From the NCBI GenBank assembly GCA_011056555.1, contig DSEQ01000032.1, forward strand, positions 1,257-65,256: 64,000 nt of DNA. Direction: 5' to 3'. The translations under genes and the position numbers were made by a program. Positions within the stretch are counted from its first letter, which is position 1; every line of letters begins with the position of its first letter. Under the pieces are notes generated by a model that saw only the letters and a list, made by a program, of their open reading frames with translations, did not search any database and had not been told where the DNA came from. Of the stretch, positions 28,188-36,544 are shown in pieces. Source of the DNA: Candidatus Zixiibacteriota bacterium. Its GTDB lineage: Bacteria > Zixibacteria > MSB-5A5 > JAABVY01.

Positions 28188-29843
28188 TTATAACTCCTTC
28201 CCCAGCTTTTCGTTTTTGCATGGCAGATTGATCGTGAACGCCGTGCCCTTGTTCGGTTCGGACTCGACAACTATGTTTCCGCCATGATCATCAATAATCT
28301 TCTTCGAAACCGGCAGCCCCAGTCCGGTCCCGTTTCTTTTGTTGGTGAAAAACGGCGTGAATAGTTTTTGCATCACGTCACTCTCCATGCCACAGCCATT
28401 ATCCTCAATCCGGAGGAAAACATAATCGCCCTTCCTCCCGGTCTGTATCTTTATCTTTCCGCCATTGGCCATAGCCTCGGCGGCATTATGTATCAAATTG
28501 TAGAGGACCTGCTTTAACCTGTCTTTATCTGAAAGCAGTTGCAGCTTCTCGGGGTAGAAATCCGTTTCGAAATTGATGTTCTGATATTTCAGTTTACCCG
28601 CTTCCAGATGTAATGTTTCAGATATAATCTGGTTAAGGTCATTCTGCTCTAAATTTAACTGAGATTTTTGAGAATAATCAAGCATTTCTTTGCAAATTCT
28701 TTCCAATCGCATTATCTCATCATGCATTGTCTTCATGCTCTGAAGATCGATTTGCCCTGCCTCGGCCTTTTTCAGCACGCGATCGGCATATCCTCCTATA
28801 GTGATAAGGGGAGTTTTGATTTCATGGGCCACTGTGGTCGCCAGACGCCCCAGGTCGGCCAGCCGTTCAGATTTCACAAGATATTTCTGGTTGTCCATCA
28901 GAAGTGCGTGTATATGTTGGAGTTCCGCAAATCTGACCTCAAGCTTATTCTGCAGGATAGCATTCTCGATCTTGGAAGCTGCCTGGTTGGCCAGAGTCTC
29001 GAGTGTGGCAATATCCTCGGCGGTGATAGGCTTGTGATTTATGGAATTATCGACCAGGATCACTCCCAGGGGCGAACCCTCGTAAATCAGGGGAATGGCT
29101 GCAAAGGGCGTGTCCTTCATAATCAGCCTCAAGCCCCTGTCCACTATGATATCGCCCTCAAAGCTCTCCACGAAATAGGACTGTTTATCTATTATAGTCC
29201 TGGGCAAAATCCCGTATTCTGGCCGCAATGGTATCGAGATCTTTTCAATTGCTGTGGTCAGCCTGTTGGGAGGAAGGTCGGGACCGTTCAAAATGCGGTC
29301 GATCAGGTCGTCAAAAGTGAGCTTTTGACTGCTGATCTGGCTCCAGACCATAGGGGCCTCGTCACGCTCCAGATGCCCCAGTCCGATCTGGCCGTCGATC
29401 GTCTTCGTATCGGTGTTGACCAGGAAAACCATGCCGCGGTTGAAACCAAAAGCCTCACCCGAGGTCACCCCGGTCAGGGTAATCAGCATGACCTTCCTGA
29501 GATCCTGGGTTTTCAGGAGCGCCTCGGAGACGGATTTCAATACGGCCAGCTCCTCGACTTTTTTCTGAAGCGAACCCGTGATCGAAACCAGCTCGGTATC
29601 GTAATCCACCAGCTGCCCCAGAAGCCTGTGCAGCGTCAATGTCAAGAGCTTGTCGGATTTGCGCCTGCCGGTGGAACGCCTGATCGCTTCATCAAATACA
29701 GGACATTTCAAGCACCGGGCGATAGTTTCCCGCAATGAAAGTGTAAGCTCCTCCTGGTCAAACTTGTCCGGCTGAAATACCCAGCAGAGCTCCTCGGTAT
29801 CACCCAGATACTTGCAATGAACTTCCTGCGTTTTATCTGTCAT
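28188..29843 (-). CDS. cytoplasmic sensor histidine kinase: N-terminal 4-Cys region + GAF + HisKA + HATPase_c
   Basis: H-box HEIKTPL, N-box NLIHNAAEA, G1 DNGCGM and G2 GTGLGL. A GAF-like region lies in the middle and there are no TM helices. I prefer the ATG at 29843, which is preceded by GAGGAG. Confidence 0.85.
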   Translation of the reverse strand: MTDKTQEVHCKYLGDTEELCWVFQPDKFDQEELTLSLRETIARCLKCPVFDEAIRRSTGRRKSDKLLTLTLHRLLGQLVDYDTELVSITGSLQKKVEELAVLKSVSEALLKTQDLRKVMLITLTGVTSGEAFGFNRGMVFLVNTDTKTIDGQIGLGHLERDEAPMVWSQISSQKLTFDDLIDRILNGPDLPPNRLTTAIEKISIPLRPEYGILPRTIIDKQSYFVESFEGDIIVDRGLRLIMKDTPFAAIPLIYEGSPLGVILVDNSINHKPITAEDIATLETLANQAASKIENAILQNKLEVRFAELQHIHALLMDNQKYLVKSERLADLGRLATTVAHEIKTPLITIGGYADRVLKKAEAGQIDLQSMKTMHDEIMRLERICKEMLDYSQKSQLNLEQNDLNQIISETLHLEAGKLKYQNINFETDFYPEKLQLLSDKDRLKQVLYNLIHNAAEAMANGGKIKIQTGRKGDYVFLRIEDNGCGMESDVMQKLFTPFFTNKRNGTGLGLPVSKKIIDDHGGNIVVESEPNKGTAFTINLPCKNEKLGKEL

Positions 29844-29885
29844 GGTGTGCTCCTCAATATACAATCTAACACACCTCATTTTCTG

Positions 29886-29908
29886 GTCAAATGTTTTTTC
29901 CATTTGAC
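29886..29908. promoter_or_regulatory. perfect 8-bp inverted repeat in the kinase / nadC-birA divergent intergenic region (operator candidate)
   Basis: GTCAAATG-N7-CATTTGAC. The right arm overlaps a TTGACA hexamer. Confidence 0.3.
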
Positions 29909-29939
29909 AGATTTAAGATTACGATTATTCTTAGGAGCC

Positions 29940-30794
29940 ATGAAGATAAGTAAAAAAAATCTCTCCTCCATTATTAATAACGCTCTTTCGGAGGATATAG
30001 GTTCCGGAGATATTACAACAGGGGCGGTAATTTCCAAAGATAAGCCTGCCCAAGGTGTCATAAGAGCCAAGCAGGAGGGAGTCGTCTTCGGCCATGAGGC
30101 GGCCCGCGAGGTGTATAACCAGTTGGATGCCAAAGCAAAATACACCGCAAAAGCCCGAGATGGCGCCAGGGTCGGAAAGGGGGAGGTTATTGCCGAGATC
30201 AGCGCCGGCATGAAAACGATTCTGTCCGGTGAACGGGTGGCGCTCGATTTTCTGATGCATCTCTCTGGCATTGCGACACTTACAAATAGATTTGTGTCCG
30301 CTGTGGATGGTATAAATGTAAAAATACTGGACACCCGCAAGACTATTCCGGGGCTGAGATTATTGGAAAAAGCGGCGGTGAAAGCGGGCGGAGGAGAGAA
30401 TCATAGAATCGGTCTTTTCGATATGTTTCTGATCAAGGATAACCATATCGAGGCCGCCGGATCGATCAGCAAAGCTATCGAAAGCTGCCTCCAATGGAGG
30501 GGAAGAAAGAAACTGAAGATCGAAGTTGAGACAAAATCCATAGAGGAAATCCAAGAGGCTTTGAAATACAAAATCGACCGGATCATGCTCGATAATATGA
30601 GCTTAGATCAGATGAAGAAAGCCGTTGAATATATTCGCTCTAAAAATTCTGATGTGGAAATCGAGGCCTCCGGCAATGTCAGTCTTGGAAGCGTGCGACG
30701 AATCGCCAACACTGGCGTTGATTATATTTCGATCGGGAAGCTCACTCATTCGGCGCCCGCTCTCGATCTCAGCATGGAAATAGTACCGCTATGA
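29940..30794 (+). CDS. nadC: nicotinate-nucleotide pyrophosphorylase (quinolinate phosphoribosyltransferase)
   Basis: Motifs L.EDIGSGDITT, ILDTRKT.PGLR, KAGGG.NHR.GL.D..LIKDNH and LDNM. I prefer the ATG at 29940 after AGGAG. Confidence 0.9.
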   Translation: MKISKKNLSSIINNALSEDIGSGDITTGAVISKDKPAQGVIRAKQEGVVFGHEAAREVYNQLDAKAKYTAKARDGARVGKGEVIAEISAGMKTILSGERVALDFLMHLSGIATLTNRFVSAVDGINVKILDTRKTIPGLRLLEKAAVKAGGGENHRIGLFDMFLIKDNHIEAAGSISKAIESCLQWRGRKKLKIEVETKSIEEIQEALKYKIDRIMLDNMSLDQMKKAVEYIRSKNSDVEIEASGNVSLGSVRRIANTGVDYISIGKLTHSAPALDLSMEIVPL

Positions 30795-31801
30795 CAAACA
30801 AAATATCACATGACTCACAGGAGTTGCTCGACCCGGTTATGCGTCTCCTGCGCGACAATCCGGAGAAGACCTATTCGATCAGGGATATCGCAAAGAAGAT
30901 CGACATCCCGGATAAGACTGCCCGTGAGGTGATTGGCGGGCTTTCGGCATGGGGATATCGGTTCGAACTCGATGACCGCTCGCGGTTCAGATTTCTCTCT
31001 GCCCCGGATGCCATCTTTCCCTTTGAGATCCAATACGGCTTGAAAACCAAATATCTCGGCAGCGAAATATCGTCCCATTATACAGTGACTTCCACCAATA
31101 CCATTGCGCATCAGATGGCTGAAAGCGGTGCGCCTGAGGGGACGCTGGTGATTGCCGAACGGCAGCGCGGGGGCAAGGGACGTCTGGGACGGGTATGGCA
31201 TTCGCCGCCCAAACTCGGGTTATGGTTTTCGCTGATACTGCGTCCCGATATCGATCCGGCAGCAGCTCCCAGCCTGTCGATTTTGTCCGCGCTGACCCTG
31301 AGTGAGATATTGCGCTCGAAATATAAACTGCAATCATTCATCAAATGGCCCAATGACTGCCTGATCGACAACCACAAGGTGACCGGAATCCTGACCGAAC
31401 TTTCGGCCGAGAATCATAAGATCGATTTTGTGATAGTGGGGATGGGGATCAATGTCAACCTTGCGGCAAAAGATTTTCCGCCCTTTTTAAGGTCAACCGC
31501 AACCTCGCTCTATCTCGAAACCGGCGATAAGATCAGGCGGGTGGATCTCCTGCGGAGATATCTCGAGGCTTTCGAGAAAAATTATGATATTTTCAAAACG
31601 AAGGGCCTGAAGCCGTTCCTTCCGCGCATCAAAAGACATTCGCTCTTACTGGGCAAGAAGATCAAGCTCAAGATCGGGCGCAAGATTATTCAGGCGGAGG
31701 CGCATGATATTGATTCCGACGGCGCGCTTCTGGCCAGGCACCGCAAGGAAATCCTGCGGGTCACCGCCGGCGAGGTCACTGTGATCGAGCACAGTAAATA
31801 A
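30791..31801 (+). CDS. birA: bifunctional biotin-[acetyl-CoA-carboxylase] ligase / repressor BirA
   Basis: N-terminal wHTH segment, GRGRLGR-type motif (QRGGKGRLGRVWHSPP) and KWPND. It overlaps nadC by 4 nt. Confidence 0.9.
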   Translation: MTNKISHDSQELLDPVMRLLRDNPEKTYSIRDIAKKIDIPDKTAREVIGGLSAWGYRFELDDRSRFRFLSAPDAIFPFEIQYGLKTKYLGSEISSHYTVTSTNTIAHQMAESGAPEGTLVIAERQRGGKGRLGRVWHSPPKLGLWFSLILRPDIDPAAAPSLSILSALTLSEILRSKYKLQSFIKWPNDCLIDNHKVTGILTELSAENHKIDFVIVGMGINVNLAAKDFPPFLRSTATSLYLETGDKIRRVDLLRRYLEAFEKNYDIFKTKGLKPFLPRIKRHSLLLGKKIKLKIGRKIIQAEAHDIDSDGALLARHRKEILRVTAGEVTVIEHSK

Positions 31802-31810
31802 TGTGATTTT

Positions 31811-31989
31811 GGGTGCCCCCATCCCCGGTGGGCCGATCTCGGCCCATAAGGGATGGGATATTTTTTTCGAATCCTTGAATCAACCATCGGTTAGAAAATG
31901 AATTTGTGGCGGGCACCCATGCGGAAATCTAATTCCGCGTTGAGGCAGATCCTCAGATCTGCCGTCCGTCAGGTCTGAGGACCTGACGG
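31811..31989. repeat. intergenic palindromic repeat cluster (family A copy 2 plus three back-to-back perfect hairpins)
   Basis: The family A copy is GGGTGCCCCCATCCCCGGTGGGCCGATCTCGGCCCATAAGGGATGGGATA (31811-31860). Its head is complementary to GGGCACCCA at 31911-31919. Three hairpins follow: GCGGAA-ATCTAA-TTCCGC (31921-31938), GGCAGATC-CTCA-GATCTGCC (31944-31963) and CCGTCAGGTC-TGAG-GACCTGACGG (31966-31989). Confidence 0.75.
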
Positions 31990-32016
31990 AACGGGGATTA
32001 TTCACTGATACACTTA

Positions 32017-33219
32017 TCAATCTTCCCAGACAGGTCTTTTTATTTTGCCAATGAATAGAATGCCGTGTGTATAATTGTCTCTGATGACAAGGAGAAACGG
32101 TCTGTCCACATAGAACTTGGCACCGCTGTTGGGTTCCCTTATGGAATCCAAGCGAATAGAGGAAAACGCTGCCGCGATTGTGCCCTCCTCATCCATCTGG
32201 AAAGAGGTCTTGTGTAATGCCTGACCGATATATAACGCACCCGGGAAACATGCTGTGCCGCCATTGAATGCCTTACTCATCCCCATATTTGCAAGAATAC
32301 CGCCAATGTCTCCGCCATATATTACCTTGATTTTCGGGAGGAATAGGGTCACAGAGTCAGTCTCCATTCGTGATGTCCAGCTCTCTAGGCTGTCCTGGAT
32401 GAATGATTTTGCGAGTTCGTCAATGTCACTGGGATTGGGCGGAACAAAGACCAGCAGACTGAATACTCCTTTTCCATAGGGGATTTCGATTCCACGCAAG
32501 TCTTCATTGATAAAATACGAATAGCTACTCTTTTGGCTCATTGTTTCCCATTGCAGGCTTTCTTCGTTTGTGACAAAGAATTTACCCGTCAAATTATTTT
32601 CTATCGAAAATTGTGACGACCATAATGCCTCCAGATATACAGTATTCATTAGGTACATTACTGCACCCCCCGGGATGGGTTTTTCCAATGCGAATTTGAT
32701 TTTGCCGTGCGTTTTTTTTGAAACCCAATCGTTTATTTCCTCCCTGGTTTTGGGGTCGTCAAAATCCCTAGTGTTCACGTCTGCGTTGAATCTCCTTGTG
32801 AACAGGTCACTGTATTCTTTTGCAATACCCCCTCTTACCCAGATCGAGTTTGCAATTTCGAGAATTACATTAGAATCCAGAGCAGGCATCTTTTCCATCA
32901 AACCAAAGTATCTGTTATTAACAAGACGTACATTTGTCCCAGATACGCAAAGAACCTCATCTATTGAGTCTTTTGTGTCAGAAAACGCCAAATTATTGGT
33001 CATCCCCAGGGCATAATGCATGCTGAATGGCGAGATCACGATATTATCGGCGGTGTCGAGCTCGCAGAATGTGTGGAAGAACTTGAAGCCGAAGCAGTTG
33101 ATTGCTTCGATTTGCTCCAATTCATCATTGGTAAAACTCACCTTTGCCTGATCCTGTCCTGCCAATATCGGACTCAGAACTAAGATAACGGCAACAATTA
33201 ATGTCAGTACCCCTCGCAT
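32017..33219 (-). CDS. secreted serpin (copy 1)
   Basis: Signal peptide, serpin core, hinge/RCL EEGTIAAAFSSIRLDSIREPNSGAKFYVDRPF and C-terminal FLLVIRDNYTHGILFIGKIKRPVWED. Confidence 0.85.
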   Translation of the reverse strand: MRGVLTLIVAVILVLSPILAGQDQAKVSFTNDELEQIEAINCFGFKFFHTFCELDTADNIVISPFSMHYALGMTNNLAFSDTKDSIDEVLCVSGTNVRLVNNRYFGLMEKMPALDSNVILEIANSIWVRGGIAKEYSDLFTRRFNADVNTRDFDDPKTREEINDWVSKKTHGKIKFALEKPIPGGAVMYLMNTVYLEALWSSQFSIENNLTGKFFVTNEESLQWETMSQKSSYSYFINEDLRGIEIPYGKGVFSLLVFVPPNPSDIDELAKSFIQDSLESWTSRMETDSVTLFLPKIKVIYGGDIGGILANMGMSKAFNGGTACFPGALYIGQALHKTSFQMDEEGTIAAAFSSIRLDSIREPNSGAKFYVDRPFLLVIRDNYTHGILFIGKIKRPVWED

Positions 33220-33249
33220 TTTACACCTCCAATGTTTTTATTTTAAGTA

Positions 33250-33318
33250 CTGTGCCGGGCGTACCTCCGGGTGCGCCCGGGATTTATCGCGGCGCACGAG
33301 ACGTACGTCGCGCACAGT
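33250..33318. repeat. intergenic palindromic repeat (family B, inverted pair)
   Basis: GGCGTACCTCCGGGTGCGC is the reverse complement of GCGCACCCGGAGGTACGCC at 8338. It is followed by a direct-orientation relative, GCGGCGCACGAGACGTACGTCGCGCACA. The outer arms are ACTGTGC...GCACAGT. Confidence 0.65.
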
Positions 33319-33321
33319 TTT

Positions 33322-34560
33322 TTAATCTTCCCAGACAGGCTGCATGATCTTGCCCATGAAGATTATCGCTCCGGTGGTCTTTTCATGGATGACGAACACG
33401 AACGGCCGATCGAAACGGATTTCCTTTGACTGGGGCATGGCCTTGGTCATCATCTCAACTGCGGTGACAGCCGCCGCCTCGGTGCCTTCCTCATCAACCT
33501 GCACAAAAGTCTTGTGCAGGACACGACTGATGAAAAGCTCGCCCTCCGGCTCCATGCCGCTGAAATCGGCAGCATCCATATCAAAGGCCACTCCCATGCC
33601 CATGGACGCCAGTGGATCATTCATAGTTTTGCTGTAACGCATCTTGAACTTCGGCAGGTAGAGCCTGACCTCTTCCGTATCGAAGCTGTCTGACCAGTCG
33701 CCCCATTTCTCGGAGGTCAAAGTTTTGATGATATCATTCGGCGTCTTGTCTTCTGCAGGCAGGATTGCAGTCATGGCAAAATTCTCATCGCCATAGGGCA
33801 GTTCAACAGCCCGAAAATCCTCATTTTCCAGAATCGTGAATTCATTTTTCTGGTACATCATATCCACCGTAGTGTCTTTTTCGGCGGTTATATGAAACGG
33901 CATCGGGCTCGTACGCTCGGGATCGAATTCGTAGGTCCAGGTGCCCTTGAAATAGATGGCGTTAATCAAGTAGAGCATAATATTGGGATGAACAGGGTAG
34001 GAGATGATCTCTGTAATCTTGCCGTTGGTTTTTTCAGAGACCCAGTTGTTGATGATATCAATTGATTCCTCAGCATCGAGATTTATCCCCTCCACACGGG
34101 AATCAAAATATTTTCTGTTCAACTCCAGAAATTCCGGTTTGAGCTGGTAGTTTTACCTGAACCAGATTGAATTGGCGATTTTCATGATTACGCTGGTGTC
34201 AAGTGTTGTCAGCTTGTCAATCAATGACTTGTAAAATTCGTTGATTTCGATATTCTCTCTTTCACCGTATTTCAGTACCTCACGCATAGCCGTCTCAGTC
34301 TGACCCTGGGCGCCGTTGTAGGTCATACCCAGCGCAAGAGATATGCTCATGGGCGAGATGAATATATTTTTGTCGGGTTCGGTCTGATCTGTCTGCTGGA
34401 ACAGCTCGAATGAGAATTGATTGATATCAACGACCATAGCCTGATCGATGAGGACTTCTTCCGGCTTTTCTTCTTCTTCTGCGTCATCAGCATTACCGTT
34501 GCCGCATGCGCTCAGAAAAAACACGGCCAGGAAAATAGATATTAATGAGATTAACCTCAT
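33322..34560 (-). pseudogene. serpin (copy 2, lipoprotein signal) interrupted by one in-frame TAA
   Basis: Track ORFs 34153..34560 and 33322..34122 are in the same frame. Read through, the sequence is ...IANSIWFR-TAA-NYQLKPEFLELNRKYFDS.... The paralog at 34743 has Gln at this position (SIWYRQGFEVEQEF). The N-terminus MRLISLISIFLAVFFLSAC carries a lipobox. The RCL is EEGTEAAAVTAVEMMTKAMPQSKEIRFDRPF. Confidence 0.65.
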
Positions 34561-34688
34561 GCTACTCCTCCTTTGATAATTTTATTCCATGTGCATTACA
34601 ATCTACAAATAATATTATTCCCGTCAAATTGGTATAAAAAATAAAAGATCCTGCGGGACTGGTAACGGGTAAATAGTCTATACTGAGT

Positions 34689-34725
34689 AAAAAAAGAAAA
34701 AGCCCGCTGGAAAAGCGAGCTTTTT
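34689..34725 (-). terminator. rho-independent terminator after serpin copy 3
   Basis: The reverse strand reads GCTCGCT-TTTCC-AGCGGGC followed by TTTTTCTTTTTTT. A T-run is also present on the plus side, so it may act in both directions. Confidence 0.6.
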
Positions 34726-34742
34726 ATTAGAAATTGCAAGCT

Positions 34743-35981
34743 CTAATCTTCCCAGACTGGATTTGAGATTTTACCCATAAACAGGATGGCATCGGTATAT
34801 TGGTCGTGGATCACGAAGAAGAACGGCCGGTTTATGTGCATTAAATTTTCATTGGGATCGATGGAGGTGGTTCCGATTTCCACCACTGTGACAGCGGCAG
34901 CCTCGGTGCCCTCCTCATCGACCTGCACGAAAGTGCTGTGCAGGACTGAAGTTATATAAAGGTCAATTTCGGGATTTATACGGCTGAAATCGGCATCGTA
35001 TGGCTCAAATGCTATTCCCATACCAAGGGCGGCAAGATCGGGTTTCAGTTCTCGATCATATTTCAGTTTGAATTTGGGCATTTTGATAATGGTTGTATCC
35101 GCTGTAAAATTCCCCATCCAATCCGACCAGGCGTCATCATCCATCTGGTCGATAAGATCATCGAGTGGATGCCCCTGGCGAGGCAGAAAGATCGACATAC
35201 AAAAGCCCGCATCCCCATAGGGAAGCTGTACCGCCTGGAAATTGTCATTGAAATATCTGAAAAGCTCATTTTCCTGATGCATCATATCGCAGTCGACCGC
35301 AGCGCCGCCGGACAGATAAAAATCTTCTACCTCTGTGTCGTCGGGATCGAATTCATATTTCCATGCGGCTTTGAAATACACAGCATTGACTAAAAACATC
35401 ATGGTCAGGGGATCTATTTGCTTGATGACATCCTGGATTTTGTCATGTGTCTTTTCTTCGATCCAGTCGTTTATTATATCTTTGGCGCCGGGATTATTGA
35501 AATTGAGCGCGGCGACATAAGCATCGAAATATTCCTGGTTAATGTCGATGAATTCCTGCTCTACCTCGAATCCCTGGCGATACCAGATCGAATTTGCGAT
35601 TTCCATTATGACTTCCGGATCGATTGTTATCAGCGTCTTTGTCAGATCACGGTATGATTCATTGATCTCTAAATCATCCATACCCGCAAATCCGAGAACA
35701 TCAGCCATCGCCTCTTTGGTCTCACCCTCGGCGCCGTTGTACGTCATCCCCAGTGCATAGGAGATACTCAATGGGGAGATAAAGATATTGGTATCGGCCT
35801 CGTTGTTGACAATTTCCTTGAAGATATTGAATGCAAAGCTGTTTGACGCTGTTATAACTTCTCTTTGCGCCGGTGTCAGATTGGGCGGATCGATCGGGCC
35901 GGGCTTCATAGCTGTGTCGCTGCATTGCATGATCAGCAGCAGGAATATCGAATAAAATAAAATCAATGCTTTCCTATACAT
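34743..35981 (-). CDS. exported serpin (copy 3)
   Basis: I prefer the ATG at 35981, which lies 7 nt after GGAGG. It gives MYRKALILFYSIFLLLIMQC. The product has a full serpin core, RCL EEGTEAAAVTVVEIGTTSIDPNENLMHINRPF and the C-terminus ILFMGKISNPVWED. Confidence 0.85.
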   Translation of the reverse strand: MYRKALILFYSIFLLLIMQCSDTAMKPGPIDPPNLTPAQREVITASNSFAFNIFKEIVNNEADTNIFISPLSISYALGMTYNGAEGETKEAMADVLGFAGMDDLEINESYRDLTKTLITIDPEVIMEIANSIWYRQGFEVEQEFIDINQEYFDAYVAALNFNNPGAKDIINDWIEEKTHDKIQDVIKQIDPLTMMFLVNAVYFKAAWKYEFDPDDTEVEDFYLSGGAAVDCDMMHQENELFRYFNDNFQAVQLPYGDAGFCMSIFLPRQGHPLDDLIDQMDDDAWSDWMGNFTADTTIIKMPKFKLKYDRELKPDLAALGMGIAFEPYDADFSRINPEIDLYITSVLHSTFVQVDEEGTEAAAVTVVEIGTTSIDPNENLMHINRPFFFVIHDQYTDAILFMGKISNPVWED

Positions 35982-36256
35982 AATAGCCTCCATGTCATCG
36001 GGACAGTAATATATTCACTATATCGTTCAGTTTCCGATATAATTGATATAGTCCCGGATATCATTTCGGTTTGAATTCTACTCTGTTGTCCCTTCCAGTA
36101 AATCTAAACGCAATAGAGGGGATATTGTCAAATAATATCTTCAGGAATTATAGAATTTATGTGGAGAAAAAAACGTAATATATTGAAATGCAATAGATTA
36201 GCCGCAGCAGACACGCCGGCGACATTTTTTTGGCGGCTAAAAACGGCTGAAACAGC

Positions 36257-36284
36257 TTGACTTATGGCGATTCGGGATTAAATT
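36257..36284 (+). promoter_or_regulatory. sigma70-like promoter candidate for rpmG
   Basis: TTGACT (36257-36262) - N16 - TAAATT (36279-36284). Confidence 0.35.
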
Positions 36285-36376
36285 ATGCAATCCGGTGAAC
36301 GGTTCCGCCGTATGGATGTTATTACTGTCACCGGCCGACAATATTTGTAAATGTCGCTTAGTATAGTGAGGTTCTT

Positions 36377-36544
36377 ATGGCCAAGAAGAAAAAAGATATT
36401 CGCACGCATATAAAGATGCGCAGTACCGAGAGTACATACGTTTATCATACTTTCAAGAACCGGCGTAACGATCCGGATCGCCTGCAGTTCAAGAAGTATG
36501 ATCCGATTCTGCGCAAGCATGTGCTTTTTAAAGAAGAGCGCTAA
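36377..36544 (+). CDS. rpmG: 50S ribosomal protein L33 (Cys-less type)
   Basis: Below the ORF-track size cutoff. It translates to [55 protein letters not shown]. Compare the E. coli L33 C-terminus ...[33 protein letters not shown]. Confidence 0.85.
   Translation: MAKKKKDIRTHIKMRSTESTYVYHTFKNRRNDPDRLQFKKYDPILRKHVLFKEER

Noticed and set aside
28668-29738. 356-aa plus-strand ORF
   Set aside because: It is antisense to the histidine kinase, which carries all the H, N, G1 and G2 boxes. This is a typical shadow ORF.
36278-36520. 80-aa minus-strand ORF
   Set aside because: It is antisense to rpmG, whose product aligns convincingly with L33.
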